From positions 53,002 through 117,001 of the forward strand of contig JBGSMD010000063.1 of the NCBI GenBank assembly GCA_041740355.1: DNA of 64,000 nt, in the 5' to 3' direction. How positions within the stretch are numbered: the stretch's first letter is position 1; every line of letters starts with the position of its first letter. Below the pieces are notes generated by a model that saw nothing but the letters and a program-made list of their open reading frames with translations, was not told the DNA's origin and searched no databases. Position numbers and translations under genes: made by a program. Of this stretch, positions 56,745 through 64,000 are shown piece after piece. This DNA is from Bdellovibrionota bacterium (GTDB taxonomy: Bacteria; Bdellovibrionota_C; UBA2361; CALJRW01).

Positions 56745-57665
56745 ATGATCAATTTTGGAAAACTCCTGCTGTTTGCATTTATCCTAATTACTCAACAAGC
56801 TTGTGCTCAATATTCCAAACAAGAGATACAACAAGCTAAGGTAACAACTCTAAGTTACGAACAAAAACTCAAAACTCTTCCTACCCTCCCTAAAGGTTAT
56901 AACTTTAAAGGGTGGAATTATGTTGCCGCTCGGTTAATTCAAGATGGCGTACCAGAAAGAGAAGTTATTAAATTCTATACTCACCCGAAGCTTCCTAGAT
57001 TTGAACCAGTAACTTTTAGTTTGAAACCGAAGGAAGGTGCGGGGATGTATCAGGGGTTTCTTAGTAAAAAGAACTTTGCCTTAGGAAGACAATTTATTAA
57101 CGAGAACAAAAGAATCTTTGACCGAGTAACTAGCAAGTATCAAGTTCCCGCCGAAGTAATCGCTGCAATACTCCTCGTAGAATCGTATTATGGCAAAAAC
57201 ACTGGAAAGGAAGTGATTGCTTACCGCCTGTCACGTTTAGCTAACATTAGTGATCCAATAAATTTAAAGCAAAATTTAGTCCGATTAAAGAAGGATGACC
57301 GCCGGGTTACTTGGGAACAAGTAGTTAACCGTGCTCAGTACTTAGAAAATACCTTTTTACCAGAAATTATTGCGGCTTTTGATATTTGTAAGGTCAATAA
57401 TATCGACCCTTTTGATTTTCTAGGATCCTCAGCAGGAGCCTTTGGTTGGGCACAGTTCTTACCTAGTTCCTATCTAAAATATGCAGTTGATTTTGATGGT
57501 GACGGCAAGCGTTCCCTTTACAACAAAGCTGATGCAATTGCCTCGGTCGCTAATTATTTTCAGGCTCATGGCTGGGGTAAATTACCTGATCATGATGTTA
57601 TCTGGAAATATAATAAGAGCGAACCTTATATTAAAACAGTATTAGGGCTAGCTAAAGGATTTTAG
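56745..57665 (+). CDS. Lytic murein transglycosylase (MltB/Slt35-like)
   Basis: Signal peptide. Catalytic Glu context LLVESYYGKNTG. GAFGWAQFLPSSY is typical of MltB. Confidence 0.75.
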   Translation: MINFGKLLLFAFILITQQACAQYSKQEIQQAKVTTLSYEQKLKTLPTLPKGYNFKGWNYVAARLIQDGVPEREVIKFYTHPKLPRFEPVTFSLKPKEGAGMYQGFLSKKNFALGRQFINENKRIFDRVTSKYQVPAEVIAAILLVESYYGKNTGKEVIAYRLSRLANISDPINLKQNLVRLKKDDRRVTWEQVVNRAQYLENTFLPEIIAAFDICKVNNIDPFDFLGSSAGAFGWAQFLPSSYLKYAVDFDGDGKRSLYNKADAIASVANYFQAHGWGKLPDHDVIWKYNKSEPYIKTVLGLAKGF

Positions 57666-57852
57666 ATAAACTTTCAGCCTTTTGCGGGTCTCGAAAGAAA
57701 AAATTGTTAAAATACTCGCGGTAAGACTTGTACACCTGCGTTTTTACCCTTTTTTTCTTTCGACTGCCACTCAAACTCTAAACGGATATTTTATTGATTT
57801 CTTGTGCAAAAAGATACTGTAAACATGTTATTTTTCTTGCTATACTTTTTTT

Positions 57853-58230
57853 ATGTCTACTAAAATTGTCAAAAATGTTCTCGTTGTCGAAGATGATGCT
57901 GATGCACGCCATCTATTAACTATGATGTTACAAACTCTTGGTTATAATCCTATTGGGTTTGACTCTGGTCAATCTTGCTTAGCGAAAGCTGCTGAACTTA
58001 ATGTGTCAATTATTCTTCTGGATGTGATGATGCCGGGAATGAATGGCTATCAACTTTTAGAGCAACTTAAAAAATTAAGACATTTAGCTAAGGTTCCAGT
58101 AGTAATGGTCACAGCTAAAGACCAAGATGATGATATCATGGCCGGCTATCAACATGGCGCGGACTATTACATTACAAAGCCCTATACCATGAACCAGATT
58201 CAATACGCCTTGGAATTATATGCTGGTTAA
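57853..58230 (+). CDS. Single-domain response regulator (CheY-like receiver)
   Basis: VLVVEDDADARHLL, phospho-acceptor LLDVMMPGMNG, and the conserved K. No output domain. Confidence 0.75.
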   Translation: MSTKIVKNVLVVEDDADARHLLTMMLQTLGYNPIGFDSGQSCLAKAAELNVSIILLDVMMPGMNGYQLLEQLKKLRHLAKVPVVMVTAKDQDDDIMAGYQHGADYYITKPYTMNQIQYALELYAG

Positions 58231-58894
58231 ACCTTCCCAAATTAAATCTTTAAAGAAACCAAATGGTTTTATTGTTATAGAAGGTGTTAATGGTGCAGGA
58301 AAGAGTTCACTTCTAAAAAAAATTTCGAAGTATCTGAAATCCAAAAAAAAACAATTCCTGCTTACGAGAGAACCAGGAAGCGGAGCATTAGGAAAGGACC
58401 TGCGAGAATTAGTTTTAAACAATACCGAGAAACTTCCTCCCTTAGCTGAATTATTTTTATTTGCCGCTGATCGTAATTATCATGTTAACAAAATTATCCT
58501 ACCGGCTTTAAAGAAGAAAAAATTAGTTATTTCTGATCGCTACTATTATTCCACGACAGCCTTCCAGGGTTATGGTCGAAAAATTGATCTAAAGAGTATT
58601 AATGTAATCAATCAACTAGCGATTGAAGATCTTCAACCAGATCTAGTTTTATTACTGGATCTTGATCCACTAATCGGACTTCAAAGAAATCGCAAAAGTG
58701 ACAAAGAGCGAGATAGTTTTGAAGAAGAAGAGCTCAGCTTTCATCAGAAAATTCGTCAGGGATTCTTAAAGCAAGCAAAGTCCTTGCCAGAAAAGTTTGT
58801 ACTGATCGATGCTTCGCAAAGTGCCGATCAAGTCTGGAAAAATACCAAAAAGATTTTGGACTTATACTTACATCAACTAAAGACAATTAAATGA
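58220..58894 (+). CDS. tmk: Thymidylate kinase
   Basis: P-loop IVIEGVNGAGKSS. DRY motif ISDRYYYS. Confidence 0.85.
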   Translation: MLVKPSQIKSLKKPNGFIVIEGVNGAGKSSLLKKISKYLKSKKKQFLLTREPGSGALGKDLRELVLNNTEKLPPLAELFLFAADRNYHVNKIILPALKKKKLVISDRYYYSTTAFQGYGRKIDLKSINVINQLAIEDLQPDLVLLLDLDPLIGLQRNRKSDKERDSFEEEELSFHQKIRQGFLKQAKSLPEKFVLIDASQSADQVWKNTKKILDLYLHQLKTIK

Positions 58895-59841
58895 TTATTG
58901 GTCATCAGGCGATCCGAAAAATTTTAAATAAATTATATACGGAAGCAAAATTACCTCATGCTATAATGCTTGCTGGTAGTGCTGGAATCGGCAAAAAATT
59001 AGTTGCGGAGGAAATTGCACAGTCTTTAGTTTGTATTAATAATGTTTATGGTGGCTGTGGATCTTGTACTAACTGCTTACCATTCCTAGCTAGGAACTAC
59101 CCTGATATTCACCGACTAGATTGTCAGGATAAAGAACAAGTTAGCGCTGAAGCAATTAGACAGATTATTAACTTACTCTCACTAAAAGCTTTTGGCGGAC
59201 AAGCGCGTATCCTGATTTTTGAAAATGCCGAGTCACTTTCTGTTACCAGCTGTAATATTTTATTAAAGTCACTTGAGGAACCAAGACCGAATACTTATTA
59301 CATTCTAATATCAGCGAACCCTTCTTTTATTCCAATTACAATTCGCTCCAGATGTCAGACTTACTACTTGCCTGATCTAACAGACTTAGAATTAGAACAA
59401 ATCATTGCCGGTAGCGATTTAAATAATCAACTCCCCGATAATCTTACTTGGGAATCAATTTTACAGTATTCCTCTGGTAGCTTAGTAAGTATTCATAAAA
59501 TCATTGAAAAACCTGAGCTCTGGGCCAAAACTAAGTCTTTCTTAAGTGATTTTTTCACTGGCAAAGTCTACTCTTTAGTCGAAACAATCATGCCTTTTAA
59601 AAAAGATAGAGAAGGCTTGATTGATTTTCTTTTTTTTGCAGAAATTATTACTAGACGACAGATGTTGCTTCAAAAGAGTCCTGAAAAACAGCAGATGTTT
59701 GCTCTGTTGCTTAATAATCTCCTCCTTTCTAAATACTACATTACACAAAGAAATATTCATGCCATTAGCCTCTTAAGTGCAATATTCGCCGATACCAACT
59801 TCAATTTGGAGCAGGAAGATATTGAAAATTATCTGACCTGA
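58891..59841 (+). CDS. holB: DNA polymerase III subunit delta' (HolB)
   Basis: AAA+ motif LAGSAGIGK. Zinc module CxxC...CxxC (GGCGSCTNC). SRC motif ITIRSRCQ. ATGA overlap with tmk. Confidence 0.8.
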   Translation: MIIGHQAIRKILNKLYTEAKLPHAIMLAGSAGIGKKLVAEEIAQSLVCINNVYGGCGSCTNCLPFLARNYPDIHRLDCQDKEQVSAEAIRQIINLLSLKAFGGQARILIFENAESLSVTSCNILLKSLEEPRPNTYYILISANPSFIPITIRSRCQTYYLPDLTDLELEQIIAGSDLNNQLPDNLTWESILQYSSGSLVSIHKIIEKPELWAKTKSFLSDFFTGKVYSLVETIMPFKKDREGLIDFLFFAEIITRRQMLLQKSPEKQQMFALLLNNLLLSKYYITQRNIHAISLLSAIFADTNFNLEQEDIENYLT

Positions 59842-59904
59842 AAAGCTTAACTGCTTAGTCCGATACTAATGACAAGAAATAGTTTCTAAGATAAACTCCC
59901 CTCC

Positions 59905-60282
59905 ATGGAAATAGAAAACACTCCCGAAATAACAGCCGAACCAGTTAAAGCTAATTTAATTTCAATTGATGACTTTGCAAAAATCGAATTGCGAGTTGCT
60001 GAAATTTTATCAGCCGAACCACTCCCAAAATCTAATAAGCTGATGAAGCTTCAAGTTACTCTGGGCGAAGCGCTGGGCCAAAGACAAGTACTAGCGGGAA
60101 TTGCTAAGCACTACACTCCGGAAGATTTAGTAGGTCGTAAAATAATTATCATAGCGAATCTACAGCCAGCAAAGTTAATGGGCGAAGAGTCTCAAGGTAT
60201 GCTTTTAGCGGCGGATGGCATTGATGATATTATTTTACTTGCACCATCAAAGGATGCTCCAGTTGGTGCCAGAGTTAGATAG
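59905..60282 (+). CDS. tRNA-binding domain protein (CsaA / MetG C-terminal-like, EMAP-II fold)
   Basis: Myf-domain pattern DFAKIELRVAEILSAEP...KLMKLQVTLGE...GRKIIIIANLQPAKLMGEESQGMLLAA. Confidence 0.7.
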   Translation: MEIENTPEITAEPVKANLISIDDFAKIELRVAEILSAEPLPKSNKLMKLQVTLGEALGQRQVLAGIAKHYTPEDLVGRKIIIIANLQPAKLMGEESQGMLLAADGIDDIILLAPSKDAPVGARVR

Positions 60283-60284
60283 TC

Positions 60285-61064
60285 ATGATTATTGATTCCC
60301 ACATTCATCTGATAAGCCAAGAATATCGGGAACAACTTCCTGAGTATTTGTCGGAAGCCGAAGATCTTGGCGTTAAAGCATTTATTAATATTGGTGCCGG
60401 GACAGGTTTAGACTCGGCGGAAGAATCAGTGAAACTTGCTGAGAAATATTCTAATGTTTTTGCAGTCGTGGGAATTCATCCACTAGAAGTTAGTAATAAA
60501 ATTGAGCTGGAAACAATTAAAGATCAAGTCCAACATCCAAAAGTTGTTGCTATTGGCGAAACAGGACTCGATTACTATTATCAGAAAGATAATGCCAAAG
60601 ACCAAATTAAAGTTTTTCGTCAGCAAATTGAATTGGCGCATGAATATAAAAAACCACTAGTGATTCATTCTCGAGATGCCGCCGATGTTTGTTTACAGAT
60701 TTTAATTGAAATGGAAGCTAAGCTAGTTGGTGGGGTCTTTCACTGCTTTAGTGAAGATGCCGCCTTTGCTGAAAAACTGGCCGATATTAATTTTATGGTA
60801 TCCTTCCCAGGAGTAATTACCTTTAAAAATGCTGATAAAACAAGAACTGCCGTAAAAGAAATTCCAATTAAGCAAATAATGCTAGAAACAGATGGTCCGT
60901 ATTTAGCCCCTGAACCTTATCGCGGGAAACTTTGCAAGCCTTCATATATTGCTGAGACTGCTAAAAGATTCGCCGAATTAAGAAATTTATCTACTCCGGA
61001 GTCTAATAAAATAATTTATAATAATACTATTAACTTTTTTCGCCTGCCATTAAAAACAATTTAA
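60285..61064 (+). CDS. tatD: TatD-family metal-dependent hydrolase
   Basis: N-terminal IDSHIHL, ETGLDYYY, and C-terminal LETDGPYL motifs. Confidence 0.85.
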   Translation: MIIDSHIHLISQEYREQLPEYLSEAEDLGVKAFINIGAGTGLDSAEESVKLAEKYSNVFAVVGIHPLEVSNKIELETIKDQVQHPKVVAIGETGLDYYYQKDNAKDQIKVFRQQIELAHEYKKPLVIHSRDAADVCLQILIEMEAKLVGGVFHCFSEDAAFAEKLADINFMVSFPGVITFKNADKTRTAVKEIPIKQIMLETDGPYLAPEPYRGKLCKPSYIAETAKRFAELRNLSTPESNKIIYNNTINFFRLPLKTI

Positions 61065-61068
61065 TTCC

Positions 61069-61863
61069 ATGAAAGTCAGCTTACACAACTTTGGAAATTT
61101 TAAACTAGATGGTGGCACCATGTTTGGTCCGGTCCCCAAACCTGTCTGGTCAAAACTTTGTCCAGCGGATCAACAAAATCGTATATTAATGGCCTCCAAT
61201 ACTTTATTAATTGAAACAAACGATCGTCGAATAATTCTTGATCTAGGAATGGGCAGTAACTTCACTGATAAGATTAAAGAGCGCTACGCAGTTACCGATC
61301 GATTGGAAATTTCAAATCCTGAAACAATTACAGATATAATCTTTACTCATTTACACTTTGATCACACTGGTGGATTGTTTGTAATGGATAATAACCAAAC
61401 AAAAGCTATTTACCCCAATGCTCGCTACCATCTTCAAAAGCAACAATGGGAAGAAGCACAAAAACCAAGTCTAAAAGAAAGTAATGCTTACAATGCTGAG
61501 GATCTTAATTTCCTTAGTAAGCAAAAGTTGAACCTCATCCAGGGAGAAAGGGAAATCATTCCGGGGATCACAAGTGTGATCTCTAATGGTCATACGCGAG
61601 GATTACAATGGTTAAAAATTAGAACAAATCGTTTAACAATCGCTTTTGTCAGTGATCTAATTCCGACCTCACATCACTTAAACTTAGCCTATCACATGTC
61701 CTATGAAATTAATGCTGAAGTACTTTTACAAGAAAAGCAAAGGTTTCTAACGGAAGCAATTAGAGAAAAATATTTAGTAGTCTTTCAACACGATCCAAGT
61801 TTTGTGGTTGGTCAAATCATCCAAAATGCTGGTGAATATCAATTAATGAAAGGCACCTTATAA
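61069..61863 (+). CDS. MBL-fold metallo-hydrolase
   Basis: HxHxDH motif THLHFDHTGG. Confidence 0.7.
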   Translation: MKVSLHNFGNFKLDGGTMFGPVPKPVWSKLCPADQQNRILMASNTLLIETNDRRIILDLGMGSNFTDKIKERYAVTDRLEISNPETITDIIFTHLHFDHTGGLFVMDNNQTKAIYPNARYHLQKQQWEEAQKPSLKESNAYNAEDLNFLSKQKLNLIQGEREIIPGITSVISNGHTRGLQWLKIRTNRLTIAFVSDLIPTSHHLNLAYHMSYEINAEVLLQEKQRFLTEAIREKYLVVFQHDPSFVVGQIIQNAGEYQLMKGTL

Positions 61864-61873
61864 AAATTAAAAA

Positions 61874-62191
61874 ATGAAAGAAATAACACCTAAAGATTTA
61901 AAGACAATGCAGGCTGCGGATGAAGATTTTATCTTAATTGATGTCCGCGAAGAATCAGAAAAAGCTGTTGCGGATATTGGTGGCATACTAATACCACTTA
62001 GTACCTTACCAATGAATCTACCCGAAGCTGATAAGAATCAGAAGATTATTGTCTACTGTAAGAGTGGTGGAAGAAGTGGAAAAGCTACGGAATATTTAGA
62101 GCAAGTAGCAGGATTTACTAATGTCCACAACCTAAAAGGTGGGATCCTTGCCTGGTCCGATCAGGTTGATCCAAGTGTTAAAAAGTACTAA
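61874..62191 (+). CDS. Rhodanese-like sulfurtransferase (single domain)
   Basis: Active-site loop YCKSGGRSGKA. Confidence 0.75.
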   Translation: MKEITPKDLKTMQAADEDFILIDVREESEKAVADIGGILIPLSTLPMNLPEADKNQKIIVYCKSGGRSGKATEYLEQVAGFTNVHNLKGGILAWSDQVDPSVKKY

Positions 62192-62272
62192 TGTGGTATT
62201 CTCCTCTTTTGTGACGCACTGCATTACTGTAGTAAATTGTCTTTGAGACAGGCGTCTCAAAAGGGAAGAATC

Positions 62273-62345
62273 TACGCTAGTAGCTCAATTGGTAGAGCAT
62301 CGGATTCCAAATCCGAGGGTTGGGGGTTCAAGTCCCTCCTGGCGT
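62273..62345 (+). tRNA. tRNA-Trp (anticodon CCA)
   Basis: Acceptor acgctag/ctggcgt. D-arm gctc...gagc. Anticodon stem tcgga/tccga with loop uuCCAaa. T-arm ggggg-ttcaagt-ccctc. Confidence 0.8.
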
Positions 62346-62417
62346 GTTCTCCCCTTTTGGGTCACACGGCATCGAACCATTTAAATACCTCGATGTATTG
62401 TGACCCAAAAGGGGAGA
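62346..62417 (+). other. 20-bp perfect inverted repeat (ttctccccttttgggtcaca ... tgtgacccaaaaggggagaa) with a 33-nt loop between tRNA-Trp and nuoB; terminator or attenuator candidate
   Basis: Read directly. The loop contains a second small hairpin catcga...tcgatg. Confidence 0.45.
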
Positions 62418-62497
62418 ATGGGGTTAAAATACAACTACATATTTACTATAGAAAAAATAAATATAATAAAAGCGAATTAATCGCGTCTAAGACAATT

Positions 62498-63052
62498 ATG
62501 AAATCCCAAGAAGGAATTAGTTTTTTTCACTCACAACTTGATGCCACCATCGGCTGGGCACGTAAGTATTCTCTATTCACGTATCCTTTCGTAACAGCTT
62601 GTTGTGGCATGGAATACATGGCTGTTAGCTGTGCGCATTACGATACAGATCGATTCGGAGCAGCGTTACCAAGATTTACACCTCGCCAATCAGATTTATT
62701 AATGGTTGTAGGAACTGTAAACCATAAACTTGCTCCAGTATTACTTCGAGTTTATGAACAAATGGCGGAACCTAAATATGTTGTTGCATTTGGTGCCTGT
62801 GCCTCTTCTGGTGGGTTTTACGACAACTACACTACGGTAGCCGGCATTGATAAAATTATTCCTGTAGATATGTACATCCCTGGTTGTCCACCAAGACCGG
62901 AAACAGTTTTAGATGCTTTAATTAAACTTCAAGAAAATATTAATAATTCTCGCCAACCACTTGTTCCAAGTCATGGTGGCACTCAACCTAGACCTGAGCT
63001 TCCAGAATTACTGGGTGAACCTATTGATTCTAAACTAACTAGAGTCCTTTAA
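62498..63052 (+). CDS. nuoB: NADH-quinone oxidoreductase subunit B (NuoB, 20 kDa Fe-S subunit)
   Basis: CCxxE...C...C cluster ligands (ACCGMEYMAV, GACASSGGFY, IPGCPPRPE). The start is set at the internal Met because the upstream ORF extension covers the tRNA and the hairpin. Confidence 0.8.
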   Translation: MKSQEGISFFHSQLDATIGWARKYSLFTYPFVTACCGMEYMAVSCAHYDTDRFGAALPRFTPRQSDLLMVVGTVNHKLAPVLLRVYEQMAEPKYVVAFGACASSGGFYDNYTTVAGIDKIIPVDMYIPGCPPRPETVLDALIKLQENINNSRQPLVPSHGGTQPRPELPELLGEPIDSKLTRVL

Positions 63053-63065
63053 TTACTCTTAATTT

Positions 63066-64000
63066 CTAAATAATTCCTAAGGTTTCATTTAGAAATTTCG
63101 CCACTGGCATAATTGTTACCCCGGACTCGTTGCGCATTTCAGTACCAAGATACAATAAGTAAGCCTTCGCTTGAGGGTAATCTTGTTTAAATAATTTTAA
63201 GCCCTCAAGATCACCACTGCGATATGTAGTTGCCCGCTTCACCTCAATCGCATGAAATCCTCTCTCTCCGTAAAGGACAAAATCAACCTCTTGCTTCTCA
63301 CGAGTTTGCCAAAAAAATATCTGGTACCCTAAGTCTTGATTATCATTAATTGCCTTTAGTTGCTGAAATACAAGTGTCTCTAGGGCAATCCCTTCTATTT
63401 CAGAATTGTGATCTAGTGGCCCAAGTGGTCGAATTGCACGATAAACACCTGAGTCAAAGAAATAAAATTTTGGGTGGCTAATAAGTTTTCGTTGTGCTTT
63501 CCTAGTAAAGACAGGCAAACGACAAGCAATTAATAAATCCTCTAAGAGAGTAAAATAGTTAGTCACAACTTTTCGCTCGACAGCACACTCGGCAGCAACA
63601 TTTGTAATATTTAAAACTGATCCTTGGGAGAAAGAAGCCGCTTCTAAAAACCTAGCAAAGCCTGACAAATTACGAACTAATCCTTCCTGTAATACCTCTT
63701 CTTTTAAATAAGTTGCAACATAACTTTTCAAATAATCTTTAGGACTTGGTTCAGAGAATATTGCCGGTAAAAATCCAAACTCTAGTGAAAAATTTAAGTT
63801 GAAATCTGCTTTAAGTTCTAGGATAGTTAATGGATGAAAATTTTTACTATATGCTCGGCCAGCTAAAAGATTAACCCCTTTAGATCGTAATTTTCGAGCA
63901 CTAGAACCAGTTAAAAGAAAATTGTATTTTTTTTCTTCGATTAATCGATGAACGGTATTTAATAGGTTGGGAACTTTTTGAATTTCATCAATTAAAATAA
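63066..64000 (-). pseudogene. AAA+ ATPase with DUF4143 C-terminal domain, frameshifted; N-terminus beyond window end
   Basis: C-terminal part in one frame (ORF 63066..63731, TTG start). An AAA-core frame (ILIDEIQKVPNLLNTVHRLIEEKKYNFLLTGSSARKL...HPLTILEL) runs from 64000 down to about 63780 in a different frame. An apparent 1-nt deletion near 63783 (ctaggtttgga versus the expected cta-gag-ttt-gga) joins them. Confidence 0.5.

Noticed and set aside
62237-62497. N-terminal extension of the NuoB ORF
   Set aside because: It overlaps tRNA-Trp and the 20-bp hairpin. The conserved NuoB sequence starts at the internal Met (MKSQEG...).

Overview
This is a low-GC (roughly 35-38% by eye) Gram-negative chromosomal segment with about 60 protein genes and 3 tRNAs. 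The housekeeping backbone includes rlmN, tag, rlmH, uvrD/pcrA-like - menD - menH, parE - parC, metF, rsmE, holA, mltB, tmk - holB, tatD, and solitary nuoI and nuoB. The lineage looks like a Bdellovibrio-and-like / Bacteriovoracia-type organism, but that is an inference. The evidence is: a MacB-type tripartite efflux operon, a trio of type IV (pseudo)pilins, an orphan Flp pilin, FlgM, a proteobacterial SspB, a RegB/RegA-like two-component system, and two tandem RCC1-repeat proteins carrying Myxococcus-type cysteine-rich repeats. The accessory content is unusual. The most striking unit is an AT-rich, translationally coupled three-gene operon: a reverse transcriptase with a YGDD active site, a roughly 12-TM membrane protein, and a secreted two-domain PLD/HKD protein. 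It has no neighbouring integrase and no obvious retron, DGR or group II intron hallmarks, so it is a candidate uncharacterised RT-associated system. There is also a candidate toxin-antitoxin-like pair (winged helix plus nucleotidyltransferase). Several families of structured repeats are present: a roughly 250-bp MITE-like element in 2 full copies plus 1 partial, a roughly 135-bp nested-hairpin element, and a tandem hairpin array after tRNA-Phe that includes an exact 49-bp duplication. Every tRNA 3' end overlaps a strong palindrome. Two frameshifted genes occur: a type IV pilin carrying an 8-bp tandem duplication, and an AAA/DUF4143 ATPase. A duplicated fragment of the tag 5' end lies about 1.5 kb from the intact tag gene. 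All calls rest on motif recognition by eye and no database search was possible.
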